Part shown: positions 43,878-53,218 of the stretch, in pieces
Layout: every line of letters begins with the position of its first letter
Position numbering within the stretch: position 1 is the stretch's first letter
IMG/VR virus record: IMGVR_UViG_3300043464_002177
DNA length: 64,000 nt
Reading direction: 5' to 3' (one strand)
Source: a virus
Lineage: Duplodnaviria; Heunggongvirae; Uroviricota; Caudoviricetes
The notes under the pieces: model-generated
The model's input: only the letters and a program-made list of their open reading frames with translations
Told to the model about the DNA's origin: nothing
Databases searched by the model: none
Made by a program: the position numbers and the translations under genes

Positions 43878-45275
43878 TTAATCTGTTGATTTTGAAGACG
43901 TTATAACATCATATTTTTCTTTATTTGGTGTAACATCTTTGTATTTCTCCATTTTTTTGCTGAACATATCAATAACTTCTGTGAATTCTTTTGATGGGTT
44001 TGAATTTGCTTTTCCTCTAAACTGATTTAAATGCCCCTTCCTATATTGAATGTTAACTCTTTTACTACCTAAAGACATTGAGGCGTGAATGTATAATGCC
44101 CCAACTGGAAACTGTTTTGCCATACAGTTCTTCATTACCATCCCCTCAATTTTGAATTGATCTTCAGTTAGAATTAATGATGGTTTATATATTTTGTCAC
44201 CTATTTTAATAGGTTCTTCAAGATCCTTAATCATTTCTTCTGGTAATGAATATTTTAACTTGTAACCTAATTTAAAATGCTTCTTATGTAGCTCCCAGGT
44301 GTCTTTTAGTGATATTAATTGATGACAACTGTTTGCTTTTATTTTAACAATTAAATTTTCTTTTTTTAAAAATTCCTTTAATATAAAAAGATCCTGAATT
44401 GTGTTAAGAATACCATCGCTGGTTATTACTTCAACTTCAGAATATTTTTTTAAAGAATTTGCTAATGCTCGTTTTTCTGGTTCATTGTCACAGACGAAAG
44501 TTTTATTACTTTTAACATACTCTAAACAAATCGTTTCCCAGTCGAATTCTCTAAGGTAATCAATGTAATTACTACCAAATAACGTACAAAGAAATTTGAC
44601 TGATTTAAAGTTAATTTTAGTTATGCTTGGTTTTCTACTTGATAATGCGCCAATAAGATATTTGGTTTTAATACCGTATTGATCTAGAATAGCTGGAATG
44701 AATTTCCAATCATTTTGTTTGAGGTATTTTTTTTTAGGGTAAGCTTCACATATGTCCCAATAGATACAGTCGTGACCTTTAATACCTTTTTTATTTAAAT
44801 GGTATTCTAAAACAAGATCGTACAAGGGGTTTACGTTATGAGTTTTGTCTTGCTGAACGTTTTCGATTTTAAGATCGTTAACTATTAATTTATATACATC
44901 AAGACAAGCTTTTTTATATTTTACCCCCCAAAAGTTAAATCGTTTTTCACCAGTGTAAAATCCTCTACTGGTAAATTCCATTAACATATCGAAGTTGTTT
45001 TTTTGTGCTCTCATAATGTTCTTATGAAGCATATGACTATTTTCTTTTTTGTTTAATAGTCTGTATATAACATTAATGTCCCCGGTTGATTTATTAATAG
45101 TTAAACCATGTTCATATGTTAAATAATTTTTTTTACCCATTCTTGAATATTCAATATAATATTCAGAAATCAACATAAGAAAATCATTATCTGATGCTAA
45201 CTTTAATTTACATAAATTTCTATGTGGTTTATTTCTTTCGTATTTTTCTTGTTCGTGATAAAATAAAACTTCCAT
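43878..45275 (-). CDS. hypothetical large protein, paralogue of 45327..47234 (possibly PcfJ-like C-terminal region)
   Basis: EAYPKKKYLKQNDWKFIPAILDQYGIKTKY aligns with EAYPTKHFLKKNDNKLVAAILDRIGIKSKS of neighbour; C-terminal KIEGMVMKNCMAKQF vs EEGGHMHHCVASY. Confidence 0.55.
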   Translation of the reverse strand: MEVLFYHEQEKYERNKPHRNLCKLKLASDNDFLMLISEYYIEYSRMGKKNYLTYEHGLTINKSTGDINVIYRLLNKKENSHMLHKNIMRAQKNNFDMLMEFTSRGFYTGEKRFNFWGVKYKKACLDVYKLIVNDLKIENVQQDKTHNVNPLYDLVLEYHLNKKGIKGHDCIYWDICEAYPKKKYLKQNDWKFIPAILDQYGIKTKYLIGALSSRKPSITKINFKSVKFLCTLFGSNYIDYLREFDWETICLEYVKSNKTFVCDNEPEKRALANSLKKYSEVEVITSDGILNTIQDLFILKEFLKKENLIVKIKANSCHQLISLKDTWELHKKHFKLGYKLKYSLPEEMIKDLEEPIKIGDKIYKPSLILTEDQFKIEGMVMKNCMAKQFPVGALYIHASMSLGSKRVNIQYRKGHLNQFRGKANSNPSKEFTEVIDMFSKKMEKYKDVTPNKEKYDVITSSKSTD

Positions 45276-45326
45276 CTACATCTTAGTTTACCTAAAATAT
45301 AGATGGAAATTATATAATAATAAACT

Positions 45327-47234
45327 CTAAAAATCTAAAAAATTGGGAAGGAGATTTTCTTCCTTAACTGCTAATTGAACACCATTAATTACTAATGGTA
45401 TTCTTTCTTTCGAAATTGATTTGATAGATCCTTTATAGGCTAAAATTCTATCTTGTAATATAACCAATGCTGTTTCAAATCTCTCTGGTGGTTTAGCATT
45501 GCAAAAATACTTTTCTTGAACACACCCCTTATCTCTAACATCATATTCACAAGTTACCCTTTCGTTCCCAAGTACATTATCTTCTCTAAGAGAAACAATA
45601 ATAGATTTTTCTTTATCTGCATACGATGCCACACAGTGATGCATGTGTCCACCTTCTTCGGTATACTCACCATCAATTTTTAACAACACTGGATAAAATG
45701 TTCCCATTATTTCATCATCCAAGTTTTTAACAATTATCGGTTTTTCAATATGCTTTATCAACTTATCCTCAAAAACGTATTTGATGCTATACCCTTTTTT
45801 TATCTGTCTATCTAACTTAGCCAATTCTAAATGTTCGTTATGAAAATCACTTAGATTATTCGCCCTCATTTCAATATTTGGTAAAAACCTTCTTATTTTG
45901 ATTAACATATCTAAATGATCATTGAACGCACCAAATTGTGAACGCACAATACTATTCCCCATCAAACTAGAATTACTGCTTTTATACCCATCATCTTCAG
46001 TATCAATCTTTTCAATAAATTCATTTATTAATTTAAGTAAACAGCTTTTTTCTGAATCTTTAATATCATAAATGTGTTTGTTTTCCATTGCAAAATAGAT
46101 AGAACTATCATCACTAAAAATACCTTTTTCTTTGGGTATCCCCCAATACTTTTCATTTATGTTATGTATGTACTTGTGCAAGTCGTCATAACCAAAATAT
46201 CTTGCCATCAATATCAATTTACTAATATCGATCTTTGGGAATTTATGTAACAATCTTATTGTACTTTTCGATTTAATACCAATTCTATCTAGTATAGCTG
46301 CCACCAATTTATTATCATTCTTTTTTAAGAAATGTTTTGTTGGATAAGCTTCCATTAATAACCTTTTATAATCATTAGGTACTTTAATTTTATTAACAGA
46401 AATAAATGTTTCCATCGAAATTAATAACATTTTTTTTCTAATGTTTAATTCGGTATTAGATATAATATTAGCATTGTGTGGAATTTTTGATAAGATGCTA
46501 TGAAATAAACATTTCATAAATTCATCATCATTAAAAACGTTATTTGCCTCTTTATTTATTGGGTGATCTTTATCAGAATCATTACCCCTAATATAGATAA
46601 TAGAAATTGCGGTTCTACCAAAAAACTGATTAAGAACCTGAGAGAGATGTTTAAAGTTGTTCTGTCTTATTTTAGGTTTTTCAGTCCCTTCATAACTAAT
46701 AACATTACCAGTTTTAAAGTTTATTTTAAAACCTAATGCTGTTCTAGTTTTCTTAAAGAATTTACAATTTACAACTCTACTTTTTTTATATACATAAAAC
46801 CTTACTGAAATTGTATCCTCATCTACTGTTATGTTTCTTTCTTGTATTTCTACAGAAACACTACTTAGCGGTCTACCGTAATGTTTTAATAAATGTCGTT
46901 CTTTGGTTGTATAAAATGTAGGAAAACTGGGGTTCCAATTATCTAGGTTAATTTGTTCCCCTTCAAGCTCATTGCTATAAAAATATTTTGTATTTTTCTT
47001 TTTAAGTTCCTTTTTATTGAAAAGCCTAATTTTGTGACCACCCTTGAACTTTACTCGAGATTCAGTACCATCTTTAATGTTGGTAAGAAGCGTTTCAAAA
47101 AAGTCTATATTGGATAAACCCAAATCTAGTTCTTTCCTAACCTCATTTTCTCTTTTTTTTTCAAGAGATGTGTAATCCTTATATGGTTCAATCGCATAAA
47201 ACTGAAACCGCTGGGCTAATACGACTTTTTTCAT
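45327..47234 (-). CDS. hypothetical large protein (635 aa), paralogue of 43878..45275
   Basis: Shared colinear blocks with the 465-aa neighbour; E-G-x-M-x-H-C-V-x-x-Y near C-terminus recalls PcfJ-like proteins (tentative). Confidence 0.55.
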   Translation of the reverse strand: MKKVVLAQRFQFYAIEPYKDYTSLEKKRENEVRKELDLGLSNIDFFETLLTNIKDGTESRVKFKGGHKIRLFNKKELKKKNTKYFYSNELEGEQINLDNWNPSFPTFYTTKERHLLKHYGRPLSSVSVEIQERNITVDEDTISVRFYVYKKSRVVNCKFFKKTRTALGFKINFKTGNVISYEGTEKPKIRQNNFKHLSQVLNQFFGRTAISIIYIRGNDSDKDHPINKEANNVFNDDEFMKCLFHSILSKIPHNANIISNTELNIRKKMLLISMETFISVNKIKVPNDYKRLLMEAYPTKHFLKKNDNKLVAAILDRIGIKSKSTIRLLHKFPKIDISKLILMARYFGYDDLHKYIHNINEKYWGIPKEKGIFSDDSSIYFAMENKHIYDIKDSEKSCLLKLINEFIEKIDTEDDGYKSSNSSLMGNSIVRSQFGAFNDHLDMLIKIRRFLPNIEMRANNLSDFHNEHLELAKLDRQIKKGYSIKYVFEDKLIKHIEKPIIVKNLDDEIMGTFYPVLLKIDGEYTEEGGHMHHCVASYADKEKSIIVSLREDNVLGNERVTCEYDVRDKGCVQEKYFCNAKPPERFETALVILQDRILAYKGSIKSISKERIPLVINGVQLAVKEENLLPNFLDF

Positions 47235-47306
47235 TTGTGATTTTTTTTATTCCAAGACAAATATATAATATTTTTTTGAATAATTATAAAAAATAAAGAA
47301 AATATT

Positions 47307-47438
47307 ATGGCAAAAACAAAATCAGCTGGTAGTTCACGAAAGGTATCTTTTGGTAAAAAAGGTAAAGGTAAAGCTAAGAAGAAATTCGGTCCTAAAGAAC
47401 AAAAACCAAAAAGATACGTAGGTCAGGGTAGAGTTTAA
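47307..47438 (+). CDS. hypothetical 43-aa highly basic protein (not in track)
   Basis: MAKTKSAGSSRKVSFGKKGKGKAKKKFGPKEQKPKRYVGQGRV; 4-nt overlap with convergent NlpC/P60 gene. Confidence 0.35.
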   Translation: MAKTKSAGSSRKVSFGKKGKGKAKKKFGPKEQKPKRYVGQGRV

Positions 47439-47917
47439 TTTTTAAGTCTACCAGACCCTTTATAGGATTTCATATACTTTGGCTCTTTAAGAGAACTTAT
47501 CTTAACACCCTCAAATTTATTTGCTGCGTGAACAAAATAGGTGTTTCCAATGTAAGCCCCACAATGCCAGCCAGATGGCGATTGTCTACTACGGAAGAAG
47601 ACAATATCCCCAACTTGTAAACTATCACGCTTAATTCTTATGGTTTGATTCCATTGTTTATATGCCACGTTTTCCAGTTGTTTACCATAAACATCTTTAT
47701 ATAAACGTTTTGTGAACTGTGAACAATCAATACCCTTTTCAGTCTTACCACCCAACTTGTATGGTTTACCTAACCATTTTAAAATAAAACTATTTAAAAC
47801 AGAGTCTTCAGTAAAAATCCCCGTATCAAATTTATCCAAAGGTACTTGTGCAATTAATGTTGTTGGTAAAAGTAGCGATCCGATCACCACAATTAATTTT
47901 AATTTGTTTTTAATCAT
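47435..47917 (-). CDS. secreted NlpC/P60 (C40) cell-wall peptidase, candidate endolysin
   Basis: Signal peptide; GIDCSQFT catalytic Cys context and downstream GWHCGAY His. Confidence 0.55.
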   Translation of the reverse strand: MIKNKLKLIVVIGSLLLPTTLIAQVPLDKFDTGIFTEDSVLNSFILKWLGKPYKLGGKTEKGIDCSQFTKRLYKDVYGKQLENVAYKQWNQTIRIKRDSLQVGDIVFFRSRQSPSGWHCGAYIGNTYFVHAANKFEGVKISSLKEPKYMKSYKGSGRLKN

Positions 47918-48225
47918 AATAAGCCTAATAAATAGTAAGAGAGTTTATAGCCAGCGAATGCCCCTAAAGCAGATGGTATTGGAAATACAATCATCTTACC
48001 TAAGTCGGTCACATACTTTGGTCTATTAACAATTTTACCCATGAAAAAATAATAGGTTAAATAACCTACTAGCACTGCAATATCGGTTCTTGTAGCGATA
48101 AACACAACTAAAGTTGCACCGATAAATCCAAATGTAAAGTTATCTCGAACACCTTCCCAGATTTCAAACCAGGTAGCGTCTTTCCACTCTTTATATATTT
48201 TTTTTGATTTATTTTTCACCATCAA
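47914..48225 (-). CDS. small membrane protein, candidate holin
   Basis: 2-3 TM helices, directly upstream of and overlapping the peptidase gene. Confidence 0.3.
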   Translation of the reverse strand: MMVKNKSKKIYKEWKDATWFEIWEGVRDNFTFGFIGATLVVFIATRTDIAVLVGYLTYYFFMGKIVNRPKYVTDLGKMIVFPIPSALGAFAGYKLSYYLLGLL

Positions 48226-48337
48226 ACCTCCCTAACTCTTGTTGTAATAGTTGAATTCTTAATTTATCTTTTTGTGTAATAACTTTTTTTGACTTTAATT
48301 CTAAAATCTCTTTAACAATTTCTTTTTTGTCCATAAT

Positions 48338-48586
48338 CTACTGACTTAGTGGTACTTTTATTCTTATGGTAATGCCAGCACTACCTGATGATATATCATA
48401 TGAATTATATCTATTATCCATGATAAACCCATATTTTTTAAATCGAAATATGATTACCTGTTTACCTTCAAACACAGCATAGATTGCGTTATCTGCATAA
48501 TCTATAGATGGGTGAATTATAAATCCTAATTTCCAGGATTCTCTAAATTCTTCTTCCAGTTCGTCAGGTGTAATATGAATAAACAT
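48338..48586 (-). CDS. hypothetical protein
   Basis: ORF. Confidence 0.45.
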   Translation of the reverse strand: MFIHITPDELEEEFRESWKLGFIIHPSIDYADNAIYAVFEGKQVIIFRFKKYGFIMDNRYNSYDISSGSAGITIRIKVPLSQ

Positions 48587-48587
48587 C

Positions 48588-49601
48588 TTAATTACTTAAT
48601 GGTGCTTTAATCGCTGGATGTGATTGATAGTTTTCTAATATCACGTCCTGATCACCAAATGAAAATATACCATCTCTAATGTGTACAGTTGGTAACTCAA
48701 ATGGTTCTCTTTTTATTTGTTCTTTGGCTTGTTCAATATGATTTGAATAAAGATGTACATCACCTAAATTACCAATCAGTTCATCTGGTACCATACCCAT
48801 TTCATCAGCTAGCATTGTTAATAACAAACCATAAGACGCTATATTAAATGGTAAACCTAAAAATGTATCTACCGAACGTTGATTCCACATTAAAGAGATT
48901 GCTCGTTTAGGTACAGGATACAACTCATCAATTTCTTCATGATCAGCTCTGTGAAAATCAAATGGTTCAAATACTTTATATTTTTTAGATGCTAAATCCA
49001 GACGCTCTTCGACGCTTAACACTCTAGTATAAACTTGAAATCCGTAATGACAGGGTGGTAAAACCATTTGGTCTAACTCACCCACATTCCAAGCACTCAC
49101 CATTAATCGTCTACTATCTGGATTTGTTTTAAGTTCATCAATAAGGTTTTGAATTTGATCTATTGGTTCATATCCATTCCAAATATTCCATTCTCTCCAT
49201 TGTTTACCATAGATCGGCCCCAAATCACCGAAATCTTTTGCAAAATCATCATTTGTTTTAATTAACTCAATAAATTGCTCCTGAGTATATCTAGGACCGT
49301 GAAAGTCTTTAGTAAACAATTTTGTGTAATTCTTATATGCATCACCATCCCAAATATGACAATTATTATCTACAAGATATTTGATGTTAGTGCTACCACT
49401 TAGAAACCAAATCAACTCAGTTACCATTGTTTTCCAAGCCATCTTCTTTGTGGTTAACAAAGGGAAACCTTCTGACATTTTATGACGAATCTGTCTACCA
49501 AATACAGATATTGTACCAGTGCCGGTTCTATCTGATTTAGTTATTCCGTTGTCTAAAATGTCTTGTAATAATGCTTGATATTGTTTGTCTATATTATTCA
49601 T
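48588..49601 (-). CDS. thyA: thymidylate synthase (ThyA-type) with internal insertion
   Basis: Colinear ThyA motifs incl. FPLLTTKK, catalytic LPPCHYGFQ, DLGPIYGKQWR; ~50-aa insertion (RVLSVEERLDLASKKYKVFEPFDFHRADHEEIDELYPVPKRAISLMWNQ). Confidence 0.8.
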   Translation of the reverse strand: MNNIDKQYQALLQDILDNGITKSDRTGTGTISVFGRQIRHKMSEGFPLLTTKKMAWKTMVTELIWFLSGSTNIKYLVDNNCHIWDGDAYKNYTKLFTKDFHGPRYTQEQFIELIKTNDDFAKDFGDLGPIYGKQWREWNIWNGYEPIDQIQNLIDELKTNPDSRRLMVSAWNVGELDQMVLPPCHYGFQVYTRVLSVEERLDLASKKYKVFEPFDFHRADHEEIDELYPVPKRAISLMWNQRSVDTFLGLPFNIASYGLLLTMLADEMGMVPDELIGNLGDVHLYSNHIEQAKEQIKREPFELPTVHIRDGIFSFGDQDVILENYQSHPAIKAPLSN

Positions 49602-50004
49602 ATTCAGTGTCTAATCTTTTTTTATTGTCTCTTTCAAGTTCAAATGAATATCTTTCTTTCATACCAATTATTCTATGAAAATCTTGATATGCTTTTGGAT
49701 GGTAGTCTTTTAAATAAGACAACCCTAATTGATATTCATTAATAATATCTTCATAACGATGTTCTTTTTTATCAAAACCATCTTCTTGTAATTTCAAATC
49801 GGATTGTAAATTATTAATAACGTTTTGTAACGAGTCTACATTACACACACCACTAATTGGTTGGGGCGCTATTTGTTCATGTGGTTTATTTAAAGCCATA
49901 GTTAATAATACCATGATTACAATTAAACCAACAAGAAGTCTGATTATTGTATCTTTATTGTCCATTTTTGTAATATATGTTTTTTTGAATTTGTATACCA
50001 GCAA
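49594..50004 (-). CDS. hypothetical membrane-anchored protein
   Basis: N-terminal TM. Confidence 0.45.
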   Translation of the reverse strand: MLVYKFKKTYITKMDNKDTIIRLLVGLIVIMVLLTMALNKPHEQIAPQPISGVCNVDSLQNVINNLQSDLKLQEDGFDKKEHRYEDIINEYQLGLSYLKDYHPKAYQDFHRIIGMKERYSFELERDNKKRLDTEYE

Positions 50005-50141
50005 AAAATGTTAACCATCTAACAGACAACCCTACTGCTGGTGAAGTGATCCCTGTTTCGAAAAACACATCTTTCCTATAATAAAAAACGATTGTTGGCA
50101 TAATAAACCAATGATATCTTTTATTATAAATAAAGAAATCT

Positions 50142-50456
50142 TTAAGGTACTTTTTCTCCATCTTCTTTTTTGTTAAATAATGAATAAATTTTTGATCTGT
50201 AATTTTCATATTGAGTCATAGCAATCCATTTCCCAATAACACTACCGGCTATATAAAATATTATCCCATAATAGTCACCACGAAACATACCATCTAGAGA
50301 ATAATATGCTGATCCCAGAGACATTAAATTTATCCAAACACTATTCAATAAAAGTGATTTTATTTTATTTTCATATGTATATTTTATTTCCAATACCTTG
50401 AAAATATTAAACATAATTTGAAAAAACAAAATTAAAAAATAACTTTTATTCATCAT
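50142..50456 (-). CDS. hypothetical membrane protein
   Basis: Hydrophobic throughout. Confidence 0.4.
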   Translation of the reverse strand: MMNKSYFLILFFQIMFNIFKVLEIKYTYENKIKSLLLNSVWINLMSLGSAYYSLDGMFRGDYYGIIFYIAGSVIGKWIAMTQYENYRSKIYSLFNKKEDGEKVP

Positions 50457-50736
50457 AGTTACCTGTAGTTCTTCTTAACAAACGATCCACATCGTCTTCT
50501 CTTTCTTTCAATTCGATTATACGAATGTAATAACTATTTGGGTTTGCATCAGAGTTTTCTGATTTTACATTCCTGTCAAACCATTTACTAAACCACTTAC
50601 CCTTATAAGCTAAAACCTGACATCTTTCAGAAAATTCGTCCGAATCGGATTGGTCTAATAGCCCCTCACTTACTAATTTGTTCAGCACTATGTCTTTAAC
50701 TTTGTTGTAATTCTCCATTTCCGATGTTAAGTCCAT
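50446..50736 (-). CDS. hypothetical protein
   Basis: ORF. Confidence 0.45.
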   Translation of the reverse strand: MDLTSEMENYNKVKDIVLNKLVSEGLLDQSDSDEFSERCQVLAYKGKWFSKWFDRNVKSENSDANPNSYYIRIIELKEREDDVDRLLRRTTGNYDE

Positions 50737-50926
50737 CTTGTTTTTCTTTTAATTTAGTTAAACATTTATATATAACGTGATTCTCAGTTATTGAGAATCT
50801 ATCTGTGCAGCCATCTAAAGCTATCTCTAATAGCTTGACAGCCAATGTGTTATCCATTTTATCTAGGACCGAATCTAGATCCTTCTCGTCTCTAAATTCC
50901 AATAAATCATTAAAAATTGCTGGCAT
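50696..50926 (-). CDS. hypothetical protein
   Basis: ORF. Confidence 0.4.
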   Translation of the reverse strand: MPAIFNDLLEFRDEKDLDSVLDKMDNTLAVKLLEIALDGCTDRFSITENHVIYKCLTKLKEKQDGLNIGNGELQQS

Positions 50927-50978
50927 AGGACTAAAATAGATAAAAAAAATTAAAAAACCAAATAATGTATTTATTATT

Positions 50979-51335
50979 ATGCAACTAAGTGTTAATGGTC
51001 AAAAATTTCCGGTTGAATTAATGTCCTCGCCAGAAGATATCCAAAGAGGTATGCAAGGTAGACAGGATCTTGATGGTTGTATGGGGTTTAAATTAAAGAA
51101 AGGACACCACACTTTTTGGATGAAAGATTGTTTAATACCCTTGGATATTGTATTCGTTTTAAACGGAAGAATCAGTAAAATACACAGAGATTGTCAACCA
51201 TGCTCTGGTGAAGATTGTCAAAGATATCATGGACCAGCTGATCATGTTTTCGAATTCCCATCTGGTACCTGTGAAAGTTTTAAGGAAGGTGATCAAGCTA
51301 ATCTTTACTTAGGTACAAAATTTAATCCCGCGTAA
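50979..51335 (+). CDS. DUF192 (COG1430)-like protein
   Basis: PLDIVFV and paired Cys (CQPCSGEDC) as I recall for DUF192. Confidence 0.4.
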   Translation: MQLSVNGQKFPVELMSSPEDIQRGMQGRQDLDGCMGFKLKKGHHTFWMKDCLIPLDIVFVLNGRISKIHRDCQPCSGEDCQRYHGPADHVFEFPSGTCESFKEGDQANLYLGTKFNPA

Positions 51336-51414
51336 GCTTTAACTTTTAATTTTTTTTTCTTATATTTCTATATAATAATTCTTATAATAAACTATTTATT
51401 TTAAAAGCAATACT

Positions 51415-51585
51415 ATGGGATGCGGCTGCAAAAAAAAGAACAATGAAAATCCTCAACCTACTGAAGGACAGGTTACATCAACAGTTGTAACAGATAATCA
51501 AACAACACAACAACAACAAACACAAGAGCAAGTTGTACAGGTAGCTGTAGCTCTTCGTGAGATGATTGAAAATAAAGAACTTTAA
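51415..51585 (+). CDS. hypothetical 56-aa Q/T-rich micro-protein starting MGCGCKKK (not in track)
   Basis: ATG 51415 preceded by aataaactatttattttaaaagcaatact; followed by terminator 51591-51629. Confidence 0.4.
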   Translation: MGCGCKKKNNENPQPTEGQVTSTVVTDNQTTQQQQTQEQVVQVAVALREMIENKEL

Positions 51586-51590
51586 TATAT

Positions 51591-51629
51591 AACGGGCGTC
51601 TTTTAGGCGTCCGTTTATTTTCTTTATTT
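51591..51629 (+). terminator. Rho-independent terminator
   Basis: AACGGGCGTC-tttta-GGCGTCCGTT stem followed by TATTTTCTTTATTT. Confidence 0.55.
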
Positions 51630-51660
51630 AAACATATATATAAATAAATAAATATTTAAA

Positions 51661-51858
51661 ATGAAAAACAATACTAAATTGACGAGTGTCACTGTGGTGG
51701 ACGACGTTTACAAAAAATTCAAATTAAAAACTATAGATGGTTCTATCAACTTTCAAAAATTGGTTAACAGAGCAATGGATCTATATAATAAAGATGATCA
51801 TTTTCAAGAGAAAATAAATAATCATACTGGTTTATCTAACACCGGATCAAAGTTTTAA
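51661..51858 (+). CDS. hypothetical protein
   Basis: ORF. Confidence 0.45.
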   Translation: MKNNTKLTSVTVVDDVYKKFKLKTIDGSINFQKLVNRAMDLYNKDDHFQEKINNHTGLSNTGSKF

Positions 51859-51862
51859 ATTA

Positions 51863-53218
51863 ATGAAGAAAAAAATACTATTGTTATCTGATGATTTAAG
51901 AATGTCATCAGGTATTGCCACTATGTCGAAAGAGATTGTGATGGGCACCATACACAAGTATGATTGGGTACAACTTGGTGCTGCAATTAAACATCCAGAG
52001 TTCGGTAAAGTTGTTGATATAAACGATGATATCCGTAAAAGAACTGGTGTTAAAAATGCAAATTTAAAAATAATCCCATACAATGGTTATGGTGATATTG
52101 GTGTTTTAAGAAAATTAATAAAAGAAGAGAAGCCGGATGCTATTCTTCATTTTACTGATCCACATTATTGGCAGTGGTTGTATGATAATGAACATGAAGT
52201 TAGACAACAAGTTCCTTTATTGTATTATCATATATGGGATAATTTACCAGATCCATTATATAATAGAAACTATTATGAAAGTTGTGACTGGTTAGGTTGT
52301 ATATCTAAGCAAACATATGGTATCGTACATAGAGTTGGTAAATTACAAAATGGTTCCACATGGAAACCTTTAGAAGATTGGCAGATCAAATACGTTCCTC
52401 ATGGTATTAACCCAGAAACATTCAAACCATTGGATAAAGTTTCAGATGAAATAAAAAATATTATCTTTGGTGATAAGAAGTATGATTTTGTTTTATTTTT
52501 TAACAGTAGAAACATTAGAAGGAAACAACCAAGTGATGTTATCTATTCATTTAAATTGTTTTGTGATCAACTACCAAAAGAAAAAGCAGATAAGTGTCTA
52601 TTATTAATGCACACAGCCGCTGTTGATGAGAACGGAACAGACTTACCAGCAGTTATCGAAACTCTTTGTCCATATGATGTTAAGTTTACAGGATTAAAGT
52701 TAGAACAAGATAAGTTAAATGAAATATATAACCTAGTCGATTGTACTATCAACATCGCTAACAATGAAGGGTTTGGTTTAACAACGGCAGAATCATTGAT
52801 GGCTGGTACACCAATTATTGTTAATGTGACTGGTGGCTTACAAGATCAATGTGGATTTGAATATAGTGCAGATGATTATATTTCAGTTGGAACGTTACAT
52901 AATAAAAAAGTACACAGCTCAATATCACATGGCGAATGGGTAGAACCGATTTGGTCATCAGCTATAAATTTAAATGGATCTGTACCAACCCCATACATTT
53001 TTGATGACAGGGTAAACGATGATGATGTTGCAAATGTTATCATGAAGATGTATAAGATAGGTAAGAAAAAAAGAAAAGCAAAAGGATTAAAAGGTAGAGA
53101 GTTTATGTTAAACAATCTATCCAATAAAATAATGTGTGATAAAATGATTGAGGGTATTGAAGATGCTCTTAAGAATTGGGAACCTAAAAAAAGATTTGAT
53201 TTATATAAAATAGTATGA
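51863..53218 (+). CDS. GT-B fold glycosyltransferase (GT4/group-1 family)
   Basis: NNEGFGLTTAESLMAGTPIIVNVTGGLQDQ matches the E-x-F-G ... E-A-x-A-x-G-x-P-V-I signature. Confidence 0.55.
   Translation: MKKKILLLSDDLRMSSGIATMSKEIVMGTIHKYDWVQLGAAIKHPEFGKVVDINDDIRKRTGVKNANLKIIPYNGYGDIGVLRKLIKEEKPDAILHFTDPHYWQWLYDNEHEVRQQVPLLYYHIWDNLPDPLYNRNYYESCDWLGCISKQTYGIVHRVGKLQNGSTWKPLEDWQIKYVPHGINPETFKPLDKVSDEIKNIIFGDKKYDFVLFFNSRNIRRKQPSDVIYSFKLFCDQLPKEKADKCLLLMHTAAVDENGTDLPAVIETLCPYDVKFTGLKLEQDKLNEIYNLVDCTINIANNEGFGLTTAESLMAGTPIIVNVTGGLQDQCGFEYSADDYISVGTLHNKKVHSSISHGEWVEPIWSSAINLNGSVPTPYIFDDRVNDDDVANVIMKMYKIGKKKRKAKGLKGREFMLNNLSNKIMCDKMIEGIEDALKNWEPKKRFDLYKIV

Noticed and set aside
49955-50209. 84-aa - strand ORF overlapping both neighbours by 50-68 nt
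   Set aside because: Heavy overlap on both sides; may be real from an internal start (about 50101) but not supportable, so left out of the feature list
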